Assembly (NCBI GenBank): GCA_963712025.1
Contig: CAVQGJ010000002.1
Location: 131,005 to 195,004 of the forward strand
Reading direction: 5' to 3'
Source of the DNA: an uncultured Verrucomicrobiae bacterium
Lineage (GTDB): Bacteria; Verrucomicrobiota; Verrucomicrobiia; Palsa-1439
DNA length: 64,000 bases
Part shown: positions 1-10,519 of the stretch, in pieces
Layout of the letters: every line of letters begins with the position of its first letter
How positions within the stretch are numbered: the stretch's first letter is position 1
Made by a program: the position numbers and the translations under genes
Notes under the pieces: model-generated
Database searches by the model: none
Told to the model about the DNA's origin: nothing
Seen by the model: only the letters and a program-made list of their open reading frames with translations

Positions 1-51
1 CCCGGTATCATCCGCCTGCATTTCGTGCGGGATGAAGTCCTGACCGTGTGA
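1..51 (+). CDS. C-terminal end of an ORF truncated by the window edge (..PGIIRLHFVRDEVLTV*); possible partner of hicA
   Basis: Frame 1 is open from nt 1 to TGA 49-51. The stop overlaps the GTG start of the next gene (GTGA), the translational coupling typical of two-gene toxin-antitoxin cassettes. Too short to identify. Confidence 0.3.
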   Translation, partial: PGIIRLHFVRDEVLTV

Positions 52-266
52 AAACGCCCCGCGACTGCAGCGGGCCGAAACTGGTCCGCTCTCTGCGAAA
101 ATTCGGCTACACGGTATTGCGACAAACCGGCTCCCACATCCGCTTGGCGACACAGCAAGACGGCGAGCATCACGTCACCGTGCCGAATCATGATCCGATC
201 AAAGTCGGCACACTGCACGACATCCTCAAAGATGTGGCCGCCCACCACAACCTCAGCGTTGATTAA
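48..266 (+). CDS. hicA: HicA-family type II toxin (mRNA interferase)
   Basis: 72-aa ORF with a GTG start. LRKFGY..RQTGSHIRL...HHVTVPNHDPIKVGTLHDILKDV fits the HicA/YcfA signature (GSH .. VP.H .. GTL..IL). Confidence 0.8.
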   Translation: MKTPRDCSGPKLVRSLRKFGYTVLRQTGSHIRLATQQDGEHHVTVPNHDPIKVGTLHDILKDVAAHHNLSVD

Positions 267-395
267 CTGCTCCACGAACTTGACTTGTAATTTACTGGCA
301 AAGAACGCCATCGTCTCCAAGTTCATGGAAATCTTGCGGCAGTAGCGCCTGGGTGTGTGGCGGCAGCGGATCTGCCACGAATCAGGCGGTGAGCG

Positions 396-602
396 CTACT
401 CCTCGAAGCACTTCCGTCCAAAAATGCAGGTGCGGATGTGGGCGGGCTTGTCGTCACTGCCGATTTCGCTGAGCGTGCGGTTGCACCAGTAAAAGGCCCC
501 GGCGTCCGGCCCGGGCTGCTCGGTGAGCGCTTCGGCTTCGTGCTCGGGGATGAACATTTTTTTGGTGCGAAGACATTTGCAGACGGGCGGGTTCGTGTTC
601 AT
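396..602 (-). CDS. small Cys-rich hypothetical protein, last gene of the oxidoreductase operon
   Basis: 68 aa with 5 Cys (CKC..C..C..C). Its start lies 3 nt downstream of the FAD-subunit stop, on the same strand. No family recognised. Confidence 0.5.
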   Translation of the reverse strand: MNTNPPVCKCLRTKKMFIPEHEAEALTEQPGPDAGAFYWCNRTLSEIGSDDKPAHIRTCIFGRKCFEE

Positions 603-605
603 CGT

Positions 606-1568
606 TCACCCCACAAGTTGTTTGAGGGTCCGGCGAATGAGCGCCTGGGCAATGGGGACCTTGTAGCCGTTATTGTCCAGCGGCACGGCATCCTTCAAAA
701 TGATTTCGGAGGCGCGCATTGCCACGTCGTCGCTGAGTTCCTTGCCTTCGAGAAACTCGTGCGCGGCCTCGACCTGATACGGAACCGGCGAAACCGCCCC
801 GAGCACCACGCGGACCTTGCTGAGTTTGCCGCCAGCGACCTTCGCCGCCGCTGCGCAACTGACCAGCGCCCAATCGAAGCTCGCCTTCTCGCTGATCTGT
901 TTGTACGCGCTGGTCCGTCCATCGTCCGGAATTTGCACGCGGAGAATCAGGTCCGTCGGCCCCAACGAATGGTGCGCCTGGGGATTGTCCCACGCTTTCG
1001 CGTAAAAATCGGGAATCGTCAGCGTGACCTCGTCCTTCCCGCGACGAACAACAACCTTGGCATCGAGCGCCGCCAGCGCGATGGCGAGATTCGACACGAC
1101 CGGGCTGATGCACGGGTTGCCGGTGAACAAACTGTGGTACCGGTTGTCCCCTTCCCGGGCGTAGCAGGTGTTGCCGCCACGTTTCAGGCACTGAATATCA
1201 CGATGACGGTAGTACCAGCACCGCGAATGTTGCGCGAGATTGCCGCCGACGGTGGCGACATTGCGAATCTGCGGCGAACCGACCTCGGCGGCGGCCTGCT
1301 GGAGGCCGGGGAAAACTCGCTTCAGTTCCGCGTGTTCCTCGATTTCGGAAATGGTGACGTTCGCGCCGATTGTCCACAAGCCGGCCGCCGGCGTGATGTC
1401 GCTCGTGGCGGGCAAACTCTTCACGTTCACCAACAGCCGCGGGCTGGCGATGTATTCCTTCATTTCGCCGAGCACATCGATGCCGCCCGCGAGAAACCGG
1501 CCGTGATCCGCGACGAGGGAAACAGCGTTGTCCACCGTGCGCGGCGTGGTGTATTGGAATGGATTCAT
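606..1568 (-). CDS. xanthine dehydrogenase-family FAD-binding subunit (CoxM/PaoB-like)
   Basis: Starts at ATG 1568 (MNPFQYTTPRTVDNAVSL..). Contains LAGGIDVLGEMK and TVGGNLAQ FAD-binding-type motifs. ATGA overlap with the stop of the Mo subunit. The ORF-track start at 1703 is a spurious upstream extension. Confidence 0.85.
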   Translation of the reverse strand: MNPFQYTTPRTVDNAVSLVADHGRFLAGGIDVLGEMKEYIASPRLLVNVKSLPATSDITPAAGLWTIGANVTISEIEEHAELKRVFPGLQQAAAEVGSPQIRNVATVGGNLAQHSRCWYYRHRDIQCLKRGGNTCYAREGDNRYHSLFTGNPCISPVVSNLAIALAALDAKVVVRRGKDEVTLTIPDFYAKAWDNPQAHHSLGPTDLILRVQIPDDGRTSAYKQISEKASFDWALVSCAAAAKVAGGKLSKVRVVLGAVSPVPYQVEAAHEFLEGKELSDDVAMRASEIILKDAVPLDNNGYKVPIAQALIRRTLKQLVG

Positions 1569-3652
1569 ACCGAAGCTCCCGGTTTGAGGGCCTTGCCGAG
1601 CGCCGCGAGGACGCGGGCGGGCGTGATCGGCAGGCTGCTGACGCGGACGCCGAGCGCGTTGGCCACGGCGTTGGCAATGGCGGAGGCGGTCGGGATCGTG
1701 CACGGTTCGCCCACACCAATCACGCCGCGCTCGGGCATTTCCATCAGGATGACTTCGATGTCCGGAACGTCGGCGAAATTCGGCAGTTTGTACGTTTCAA
1801 AATTCGGGTTCAATACGACGCCGGTAGTGGAATCCATGACGCGTTCCTCGTAGAGCGCGTAACCCATGCCCATGATGATGCCGCCGTTGATGAGCGTCTC
1901 GCATGTCAGCTTGTTGACCACCAATCCGCAATCCTGCACGCACAGAACCTTGCGAACTTTCACAAATCCGGTTTCCGTATCGACTTCGACCTCGGCGAAC
2001 TGAACGCCGCCCACGCCGCTCGAAGACAACCCTTCGTGCCATTCGCCGTGGGCCGTGAGTGGATTGACGCCGAGCTTCTTGCACGCGCCGACCCAGTTCG
2101 CGCCGCGGGCGTCGGCAACGCCGGTCGTTTCCTGCAACTTCTGGAGCGCGTTCGTGCAGGCGTCGAAAACGGCGGGGGAAACCGAGGCGGCGGTGGTGCT
2201 GCCGCCGCTGGCGCCGGAGGGCGGGAATTGCGTGTCGCCAATCTTGGCGGTGATTTGTTCGGGCTTCAGACCGAAAACTTCCGCCGCAACGACAGTCACC
2301 AGCGTACGCGTGCCGGTTCCGAGATCCTGCGTGCCGCAACGGACCTCGACACTGCCGTCGGGATTGATCTGCGCGTCCGCCTGTGACCCGCGGCCTCCGC
2401 CGCCCCACGTCGCGCCCGCGCACCCGACGCCCACTTTGACCAAGCCCGGCGATGAGCCCGGCGTCTTATATTTCTGCTTCCAACCGAACCGTTCCGCTCC
2501 GATCTGATATTCGCGCTGGCGTGTCTTGCTCGGGTCATTCTTGAGGCGAAGTTCGAGCGGATCCATTTTCAGTTTCACCGCCAACTCATCCATGATCGAT
2601 TCCATGCCGAAGGAAGCGATGGGATGACCCGGCGCGCGGAAGGCGCGCGACTGACCCGCATTGACCGCCACCGAGGACTGTTTTACGCGAGTATTGGGAA
2701 CCGCGTAGATATAGGGCGCGGGAAAACCGGACCCGCCACCGCCGCCGGCGGATGCCGCACCCGCGCCGATTCCGGCGGTGCCAAAGGCATCCATGTCGAA
2801 CGCGACGAGCTTTCCATCAGCGCTGGCGCCCAGCCGGATGCGCTGGAAGGACGACGGGCGATTGCCGACCGCAAGCGATTGATCGAAGCGGGTCAGCATC
2901 AATTTGACGGGAGCGCCGGCGGCCTGGGAAAGGCGCGCGGCCAGACCGCCCTCCGCGCCGGGGCCGAATTTCGCCCCGAACCCGCCGCCCATGTAATCGG
3001 TGATGACGCGAACCTTTTCCTGGGGCACATTGAGGTACGAGGCCAGACCGTCGCGCACGCTGAAGATACCCTGGGTCGATGCCCAGCAGGTCACGCCGTC
3101 GTTCGTCGCCGAAACCGTATTGCCATGCGTCTCGAGTGGATGATGAACCTGAACCGGCGTGGTGAAGAAGCCCTCCACGACCGCAGCGGCGTCCGCAAAC
3201 GCCTTGTCCACGTCCCCCTTTTCCTTGACGTTTGGGTCCGCGAGATTGGCCGCGTCCGGCCAGACACGCGGCGAGTCGGGATTCTTGGCGGTCTCCTCCT
3301 TCACGACGAACGGCAGAGGCGTGGCTTCGACCACGATGGCGCGCAACGCGTCGAGACACGCCTGTTTCGACACACCCGCGACGGCGGCCAGTTCCTCGCC
3401 GTAGAACCGAACGGTCCGTGCTCCCTCGCGTTCGACCACGGCGGCCTTGATGCCGGGGACCTGGCGGGCCTTGTCGAGGTTGATGCTCGTCACGTGGGCC
3501 GCCGGCCATCGGGAACGATAGATCATGCCGTACAACCATCCGCTGGGCTGCACATCGGACGGATATTTCGCCGCCCCGGTGACCTTCGCGGGAGCGTCGA
3601 CACGCGTCGTGCTTGCGCCGATCACGTCAGGTTTTGCCGGCCAGCTAAGCAT
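1565..3652 (-). CDS. xanthine dehydrogenase-family molybdopterin-binding large subunit (aldehyde oxidoreductase PaoC/CoxL-like)
   Basis: About 695 aa from ATG 3652 (MLSWPAKPDVIGASTTRVDAPAKVTGAAKY..), the typical N-terminus of the aldehyde oxidase/xanthine dehydrogenase a/b hammerhead domain. Also has GGGFG and a long MoCo-binding region. Overlaps the small-subunit stop by 8 nt. Confidence 0.9.
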   Translation of the reverse strand: MLSWPAKPDVIGASTTRVDAPAKVTGAAKYPSDVQPSGWLYGMIYRSRWPAAHVTSINLDKARQVPGIKAAVVEREGARTVRFYGEELAAVAGVSKQACLDALRAIVVEATPLPFVVKEETAKNPDSPRVWPDAANLADPNVKEKGDVDKAFADAAAVVEGFFTTPVQVHHPLETHGNTVSATNDGVTCWASTQGIFSVRDGLASYLNVPQEKVRVITDYMGGGFGAKFGPGAEGGLAARLSQAAGAPVKLMLTRFDQSLAVGNRPSSFQRIRLGASADGKLVAFDMDAFGTAGIGAGAASAGGGGGSGFPAPYIYAVPNTRVKQSSVAVNAGQSRAFRAPGHPIASFGMESIMDELAVKLKMDPLELRLKNDPSKTRQREYQIGAERFGWKQKYKTPGSSPGLVKVGVGCAGATWGGGGRGSQADAQINPDGSVEVRCGTQDLGTGTRTLVTVVAAEVFGLKPEQITAKIGDTQFPPSGASGGSTTAASVSPAVFDACTNALQKLQETTGVADARGANWVGACKKLGVNPLTAHGEWHEGLSSSGVGGVQFAEVEVDTETGFVKVRKVLCVQDCGLVVNKLTCETLINGGIIMGMGYALYEERVMDSTTGVVLNPNFETYKLPNFADVPDIEVILMEMPERGVIGVGEPCTIPTASAIANAVANALGVRVSSLPITPARVLAALGKALKPGASV

Positions 3653-4310
3653 TGCGAATGACCTCGACTGTTTCCGCGACGGGCGCGCCGGAGGCATGGA
3701 GCACCGCCGCGAGCATGCGGTGTTGCGTGCCGCACCGGCAAATGTTGCCGGAACAGGCCACGCGCACTTCGTCGGCGCTCGGGTGCGGATTGCGTTTGAG
3801 CAGCGAGGTCACGGTCATGACGAAACCGGGCGTGCAGTACCCGCACATCGAGGCGTCGTGATCGACCAGCGACTGTTGCACATGGGTGAGCTTGCCGTCC
3901 GGGGACAACCCTTCGACGGTGGTGATGTCGTGGCCCTGGGCTTCGACGGCCAGCTTCATGCAGGAGTAGACCGGCTTGCCGTCGAGGAGGACCGTGCACG
4001 CGCCGCACGTCGCCCGGTCGCAGACTTCCTTCGTGCCTGTAAGGCCGGAATAATTCCGCAGCGCGTCCAGCAGGGTCACGCGAGGTTCGAGATTCAGTTT
4101 GAGCGCCTTGCCATTGACCTGGAGCGTGACAGGAACCTGTCCCGGGCCGAGAGTTTGGTCGGCCCCCAGTTTGGCGATCTCCTCGGTCCCGGCGGCGACG
4201 GCGCCGACCGGCACCGCCGCGGTCGCGACGACGACCGTGCCCAGTCCTTTCAGGAACGAACGGCGGCTGATTTCTTTATCGAACGGCTCGTTGTGCGGGC
4301 GCTCACTCAT
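3645..4310 (-). CDS. (2Fe-2S)-binding small subunit with twin-arginine (Tat) signal (PaoA-like)
   Basis: From ATG 4310: MSERPHNEPFDKEISRRSFLKGLG (Tat motif RRxFLK). Two 2Fe-2S Cys clusters: C..GACTVL..C and CGYCTPG..C.CG. The ORF-track start at 4475 is an extension. Confidence 0.9.
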   Translation of the reverse strand: MSERPHNEPFDKEISRRSFLKGLGTVVVATAAVPVGAVAAGTEEIAKLGADQTLGPGQVPVTLQVNGKALKLNLEPRVTLLDALRNYSGLTGTKEVCDRATCGACTVLLDGKPVYSCMKLAVEAQGHDITTVEGLSPDGKLTHVQQSLVDHDASMCGYCTPGFVMTVTSLLKRNPHPSADEVRVACSGNICRCGTQHRMLAAVLHASGAPVAETVEVIRNA

Positions 4311-5027
4311 GCGATGGATGACTTGCCACGGCGCAGACGAATGCAGGTGGGACAAAGGCCGCCGAAGCGGTTGCGCCTTCGCCGAATCGGCAGTCAAAGA
4401 TGTTGTTCTTACCGTGGTCAACCCATCGCAAGGCCAGCGCGGGTTCCTGGACGAATGCCTTGCCGGTGACGTCAACGGTGTAGGAAGTCACCGTCGAACG
4501 GGGCGTGTACCAGAGCGATTCGCCGCAACTGATGAGGCCGCAGGGCTCGAAGGGTTTGGTTTCGATCTGGATAAAGTCGCCGGCCGACAAAGGAAACGCC
4601 GCTACCTGTGTGGCTGAGTTCCATGGAGATCGTGCGCGTGCGCAGTTTCGTATGGCTGAGTTCCGGATTCGTGGCGGCCAGCCAGTGGAGGAGCGCCTGG
4701 GATTGAACGGCATCAGCCGACTGCGGCAGGTAGATCATGGACTCGGTCGGCTGCGTCCCTCTCACCGCGAGATTCTGGTCGGCGGCCTCGAGGAGCGCCA
4801 CGTTCAGGCCGCGCAAGGGAGTTCCGTCATACGAGCCGCCCGAAAAACTCCAGACCCGCATCAGATATCGGCCGTCCAGTGTCGCTTCGGACGAGGCGAC
4901 ACATCCGCCGATGTAGAGTTGACACGAATGCAACTCGAGCAAGCTCGCCGCGCGGCGCGTCAGCAGCCCGCAACGAGGTGCTCGCCAAACCAACCAAAGA
5001 AGCGACGACAATGACCCAAGCTTTCAT
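4303..5027 (-). pseudogene. secreted hypothetical protein, apparently split over three frames
   Basis: Signal peptide MKAWVIVVASLVGLASTSLRAA from ATG 5027. Coding-looking sequence continues in the frame of ORF 4472..5011 (..LYIGGCVASSEATLDGRYLMRVWSFSGG..) and then in the frame of ORF 4303..4713 (..FIQIETKPFEPCGLISCGESLWYTPRST..). No family recognised. Confidence 0.4.
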
Positions 5028-5184
5028 ACGCCACCATGCTCCGCTAGCGGTATTGTACGCAAAATGATGACTTCCGCAAGGGCCGGATGAAAAAATTTGC
5101 CTTGCCCTGTCCCCATGCAGTCGATACGCTCGCCGCAGTCTGTGGGTCGCTGTTTTCGCAGCAACATTGGCGTGAGGTTGCGAG

Positions 5185-6752
5185 ATGAAGTGGGTTTCAC
5201 TCAATCTGGTTCGGCACAAACCGCGGGTTGTCCTCGGCATTGCAGTCGTTTGCGGTCTACTCTCGACGGCGCGGGCGCAGAGCATCCGGGTGCCCTGGAG
5301 TGATTACGCACACGACCCGCAGCACAGCGCCCTTTCGCCGGTGGCGTCCCAGCCCTTGGCCAATATTCACTGGCAAACGCCGGTGGACCTGGATCCCCAG
5401 CATGAGGGGGGACAGACCAATGGCGATTTGTATATCCACTATGGTTCGCCGCTGATCACACGCTCCAATACTGTCATTGTCCCGGTAAAGACCGGTGCGT
5501 ATGGCGGGTTCCGCGTCGAGGCGCACGTGGGCACCAACGGCGCGTTGAAGTGGATGCAATCCACCGACTACGTTCTGCCGCCGCATGGCTGGACGCCGAG
5601 CTTTTCCCCGACACTGACACCGAGGAACCGGCTCTATTTCCCCGGCGGCGGCGGGACGGTGTACTACTGCGATTCGCCGGATTCGACGAATGCCCCCGTG
5701 ATCGGCCAGATCGCGTTCTACGGGCTGACGAACTACCTCGCCAACACGAATGCGTATCTTGGGCAACGTCGAGATCGACACGCCGATCACGTCGGACCGG
5801 TACGGCAACATTTTCTTCGGGTTTCAGGTTACCGGTTCGACGCCGCTGAATCTGACGAGCGGCGTTGCGCGGATTGACTACAGCGGGACCGGTGCCTGGA
5901 TTTCCGCCAGCACCGCGGCCGGTCGACCCGAACATTGTCAAAGTCGCTCAGAATTGCACCCCCGCATTGGCCAACGACCACAAGACGTTGTACGTGGCCG
6001 TCAACAGCGCCAATCCCGATGGCGATTTCGGCGTCTACGGGTACCTCTGTGCCCTGGATAGCCGCACGCTCGCGCCTCTGGCCAGCGTTCGGCTCAAAGA
6101 TGTGGCGAATCCGGGGAATGACGCCAACGTGCCCGACGACGGTACGGCTTCGCCCACGGTCGGCCCGGATGGCGACGTTTATTACGGCGTCTTGGAGAAC
6201 CCGTGTTGCGTGAATCACGATCGCGGTTGGTTGCTCCATTTCAACAGCACGTTGAGCCAGACGAAGACGCCGGGCGCATTCGGCTGGGATGACACGGCGT
6301 CCATCGTCCCCGCTTCGCTCGTCGCCTCTTACAGCGGCGGTTCGTCCTATCTGCTGATGACCAAGTACAATAATTATTCCGATCCGGGAATCGGCGGCAA
6401 CGGGTCCAACAAGATCGCCGTTCTGGATCCCATGCATACGGAAATCGATCCCATCACGGGCGCGACGGTGATGAACGAGGTGCTGACCATCGTTGGTCCC
6501 ACACCCAATACGGGCCAACCCGGCGTCCGCGAGTGGTGCATCAATACGGCGGCGGTCGACCCGTTCACCAAGTCGATCCTCGCCAACAGTGAGGACGGCA
6601 GGCTCTACCGCTGGGACCTGACCTCGAACACGCTCTCGGAAACATTCGTGCTGACGACCGGCGTCGGCGAAGCCTACACGCCGACGCTGATCGGAGTCGA
6701 CGGCACCGTGTACGCCGTGAACGACGCCATCTTGTTCGCCATCGGCCGGTGA
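5185..6752 (+). pseudogene. secreted beta-propeller (PQQ-like repeat) protein with two apparent +1 frame changes (near 5745-5765 and 5905-5925)
   Basis: A signal peptide is followed by three consecutive ORFs (5185, 5750, 5865) in frames 1, 2 and 3. Their products read through sensibly: ..LANTNAYL / GNVEIDTPITSDRYGNIFFGF.. / ..DPNIVKVAQNCTPALANDHKTLYVAV... Recurring G.DG.VY motifs. Confidence 0.65.
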
Positions 6753-6761
6753 GGGAGGCAC

Positions 6762-7916
6762 ATGGCGCGCACCCCATCTCTCCTCTGGCTGTTGTGGTTG
6801 GCGTCGGCGCTCGTGCCGGCGGTTTCCCGGGCCGACCTCGCCTTTGTCCTGACGCCGGCGGTTCAATCGGGAGTGGTGAGCAACGAGGTCGCGTTCACCG
6901 GCACATTGAATAATACGAGCACGACGAACGATCTGTTCCTGAACGACATCCAGATCAGTTTCACCGGCTCGGCCACAAATTACCTGGCCGCGGACACGAA
7001 CATGTTCTACGCCAATGTGCCCGGCATCCTGCTGGCGGGCGAGACGTATAGCGACGTTGTTTTCGGCGTGGACATCAACGCGGGCACTCCGCCCGGGGAT
7101 TACTTCGGCGTGGTGACGATCCTCGGCGGCTCGAACATTTTTGCGGAATGCGCCCTCGCCAGCCTGACGTTCCAGATCTCGTCGCCCGCCATCAGCATCA
7201 CCGCCAGCACCGCGGACGCCTACAAACTCGGTGAAATTCCCGGCGCGTTCACCGTCACCCGCGTTGGCGCGACGAATATCGACCAGTCCGTGGCCTACAC
7301 GGTCGGCGGTGCCGCCAGCAACGGCATCGATTACAGTTTGATCGCCAACTCGGTCATCATCCCCGCCGGTTCGGCCTCGGCCACGATCACCATCGCGCCG
7401 ATTGACGACGGCATCGTCGTCGGTGATGTGACGGCGACGTTGACCTTGTCGAATTCGGCCTCCTACAACCTCGGGTCTCCTGCCAGCGCGACCGTAACCG
7501 TCCACGACACGCCGTTCAACGACTGGCGATTGACCGAGTTCGGGACCAATGCGAACAACTCCGCCATCAGCGGCGATCTGGCCGACCCGGATGGTGATGG
7601 CATCGTCAACCTGCTGGAGTACGCCCTGGATTTGAGCCCGAACGCCCCCAACGTTCAGGGTCTGCCCACGCCGCAGATCGATCCGGCCTGTGACTGCCTC
7701 ACATTGACCTATACAAAAGTCCTTTCGGCGATCGACCTGACCTATACCGCCGAAGCCGCCAGCAATCCGGGCGGCCCGTGGAGCACCGACGGCATCATCT
7801 CCACCGTGATTACCAATACCGGCGTGACGCAAACGATCAAGGCCAGCGACGCCGGCAATCCCATCCCCGCCGCCACCGAGAGATTCATGCACCTGAAGGT
7901 GACTCTCCAACCCTGA
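6762..7916 (+). CDS. secreted Calx-beta domain protein with a thrombospondin-type Ca-binding motif
   Basis: Signal peptide MARTPSLLWLLWLASALVPAVSRA. Calx-beta-like segment (FTVTRVG..VAYTVGGAASNGIDYS..ATITIAPIDD). DPDGDGIVNLLEYALDLSP motif. Confidence 0.7.
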   Translation: MARTPSLLWLLWLASALVPAVSRADLAFVLTPAVQSGVVSNEVAFTGTLNNTSTTNDLFLNDIQISFTGSATNYLAADTNMFYANVPGILLAGETYSDVVFGVDINAGTPPGDYFGVVTILGGSNIFAECALASLTFQISSPAISITASTADAYKLGEIPGAFTVTRVGATNIDQSVAYTVGGAASNGIDYSLIANSVIIPAGSASATITIAPIDDGIVVGDVTATLTLSNSASYNLGSPASATVTVHDTPFNDWRLTEFGTNANNSAISGDLADPDGDGIVNLLEYALDLSPNAPNVQGLPTPQIDPACDCLTLTYTKVLSAIDLTYTAEAASNPGGPWSTDGIISTVITNTGVTQTIKASDAGNPIPAATERFMHLKVTLQP

Positions 7917-7977
7917 CACCGGGCCGATCCCAGTCCGATGCACTCCTCTGTCACCCCAGCATTCTGACAGCGTTGCC

Positions 7978-8254
7978 CTACCGCTGCGCGTTCAACCATT
8001 CGATGACCCTGTCCGCTTCTTCGGGAAACAGGACGCGGATGGCGAGCTCCATCTCGGCGCGCGACGCGCCCTTTCGCCGCCAGCGCTGCTTGAGTCGTTC
8101 GACCCATTCGCCGAACGATTCGTCGGCCCCATAGAAAGCGATTTCTTCCCGAACCACCGGGCTCGACGGACCGACGCCCGACAGTTCATCCAGCGTGATC
8201 CCGAGCCGTTTCGCGACGGTGACCGCCGTGCTCAGGTACGGCTCGCTCTTGCCG
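7978..8254 (-). pseudogene. truncated 3' copy of the XRE regulator gene at 10520..10909
   Basis: 277 bp align to 10520..10796 with 9 mismatches by manual alignment. The copy lacks the HTH-encoding 5' part and starts exactly at the stop-codon end. Confidence 0.7.
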
Positions 8255-10281
8255 GCTGGTTCGGGCTGGTGGGCTGTGACAGCCGGCGTGCTTCGGCGGA
8301 CTCGCGCTGCGCTTCGTCGTGGAGTCCTTGGCGCTCCAACACTTCGGCGAGGGCGCTGTGAATTTCGGGCTGTTGCGGGTTGAGGCGGGCCGCTTCGCGG
8401 AAGTGTTCGGTGGCCCGAACCAAGTCCCCGCGGTTGGTCAAAGCGATGGCGATGTTGTTGTGTGCCTCGAACGCGGTTGGATCCACGCGCAGCGCCTCGG
8501 CGTAGGCGGCGATGGCGTTGTCCCAACGGGCCTCTTTGAGGAACAGATTGCCGAGATTGATTTGGATGCGGGGGTCGTTCGGGGTGAGCCGCGCGGCGGC
8601 GGTATAATGCGCGAGGGCCTCACCATCCCGACCGCACTTGGCAAGCAGATTGGCGAGATTGTAGTGGCCGCTGGCGTTGTTCGGGGCGAGGCGCGTTGCT
8701 TGTTCGTAATGGGTAATGGCCTCTGAAACTTTGCCGGCTCGCAATAGTTCGTCGCCTAAGCAGTTGTGTGCCGCGGCATAATCCGGCTCGATCTGCAGCG
8801 CGTGCTCATATTGTTCGATCGCCTGTTGATGTCTCCCCGCAGACCCCAAGTTGAGCCCGCGAAGCGTGTCGGCCTCGGCGTAATGCCCGGCGGTCGCGAG
8901 CAGATTCAACGCTACCGAGAAGGCCAAGAGCAAGCCCCAGCCAAAACGCACGGCGCGCCGCCAGACCGGCCGGTCAGCCAGCCCCGACTCTGCGGTCGGG
9001 GCCAGCGCGCGCTCCAGTCCGAGAATGCCAATCACTGCCAACAGCAGCAGGGACGGCAGGAAGTCCACTTCATAGTCGAAGCTCGAGACGCTGAAAAGTC
9101 CGAGGGTGAACGCGCACGCTCCAAACACCAGCGCTGTGGCCGCCACAAACCAGCGCAAGTTCGATTTCGTCCGACCCGACCGACCCCACCACGCGAGCGG
9201 CGCGGCAAGTGCCAGCCACACCAGCGGAATGTTGGCCAGTATGCCGAAGGGCTGTTTCGTCATCTGTGCACTGTAGCCCGCCGGCAGAGGTGGCACGGGG
9301 GCTACATGCACGAAGGGGAAGCGAGCGCTCCAGCGCGCCGGCTCCAGAAAGTAGCCGCGGAAATTAAACCAGAGAAAATGCGGACTGAAGAATTGCCCGG
9401 TAATCTGCCGCACCCCGTTCAACTGGTAGCGCCAACCGAACTCGAATGGATCATCGAAGCGCAGTTCGTTGTAGAGCATCAGCACCAACCCAATGAGCGT
9501 GATCGGGATAACCGCCGCCGCCAGCACCGCCCACACCTGCCGCCGCTCATGCCGCGCTTGGGCCACCGGCACCAGCAGGGCGACCGCGCCGAACAACAAG
9601 TTTGGCCGCGCCCCCACTGCCAGCCCGTACGCCGCACTCGCAGCGGCCAGCCACCGCCACCCCCGCTCCGTATCGTGTAACGCGCCCCAAATGCCTCCCA
9701 GTGCCAACATCGTCAGCATATACCCGCATGTGCGCGCCACCTGGTAAAAGCTCGCTTGCGTCAATTGCGCCGGGGTACCCGCCGCCAATCCGAGCGCGAC
9801 CGCGCAGGCCGCCACCACTCCGACTCTTACCTCTGCAAAATAACGCCGCCACAGCGCGCGCAGCAGACCCACGCTGACCAGAAAGCCGGGCAGCGCAGAA
9901 AATCGTCACGGCCTGCCAGTGAAACAGGTACCTGCCGGTCAGCACGGTGTATGGCCAGAACAGAATCAAGGCGGGCGTAACCCCGTGGTAGAGGTAGAGC
10001 CGGCCGTTGTAGTAGCTCAGGTCTTGCATCCGGTATGGGGCAGACCGATAGATTTCATTGGCGGCTGGATCGTAGGGGTCGGCGAGGTGTGCGAGCCCGA
10101 CCGGCGCCTCCTTTTTCAGGCTGAGCTGGCCGGCGCGGAAACCCTGCACCAATAAATTGTAGGAAGAGTCAGCCGCATTCTGCGGGCCAAACTTTTCCCA
10201 ATCGCCCGGCAGGCTCATGTATGCGTAGGCCCCGATGACCAGCACGCACACTGCGGCCAGTGATTTCCAGCCCCCGCTCAT
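8232..10281 (-). pseudogene. polytopic membrane protein with C-terminal TPR array, paralog A (putative GT-C-type glycosyltransferase); one apparent extra nucleotide near 9885-9890
   Basis: ORFs 9547..10281 and 8232..9872 together are colinear with the intact paralog at 47236..49371 (MSGGWKSLAAVCVLVIG..DLSYYNGRLYLYHGVTPAL.. / ..LWRRYFAEV..CGYMLTMLALGG..FGILANIPLVWLALAAPLAW.. followed by TPRs). The last 7 codons come from the XRE-fragment repeat. Confidence 0.7.
8255..8840 (-). repeat. in-frame tandem TPR units (about 6 x 102 bp) of paralog A
   Basis: Repeated 34-aa units of the type A...Y..AL...P....AH.NLG..L...G...EA. Confidence 0.7.
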
Positions 10282-10519
10282 TGTGCCGCACCGACCAGCC
10301 CCGGGTAATGTTGTCGCAAAAACATCGTCTGCCTTACGACATTTTACACACTTCTCCAGTCGAACACACGCGCTTTGTCGAGCGAGGAATCTGGGGCACG
10401 ATCAAACCGTAGTCGCTGGCGTATCGCTCGTCGCGTTCCTCAGACGCAAGCGCGCGTAACCCGGGCCGGCGCAGGCGTGCGGCACCGCTCACATCCTACA
10501 AACTCCCCACCCCTTCGTC

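Noticed and set aside
438-1853. 471-aa ORF on the plus strand
   Set aside because: It is antisense to the FAD-binding subunit and part of the Mo subunit. The product is Arg/Gly/Ala-rich with no motifs, a typical high-GC shadow ORF.
5829-7943. 704-aa ORF on the minus strand
   Set aside because: It is antisense to two well-supported secreted-protein genes. The composition is low-complexity (R, G, D, A, V) with no recognisable domain.
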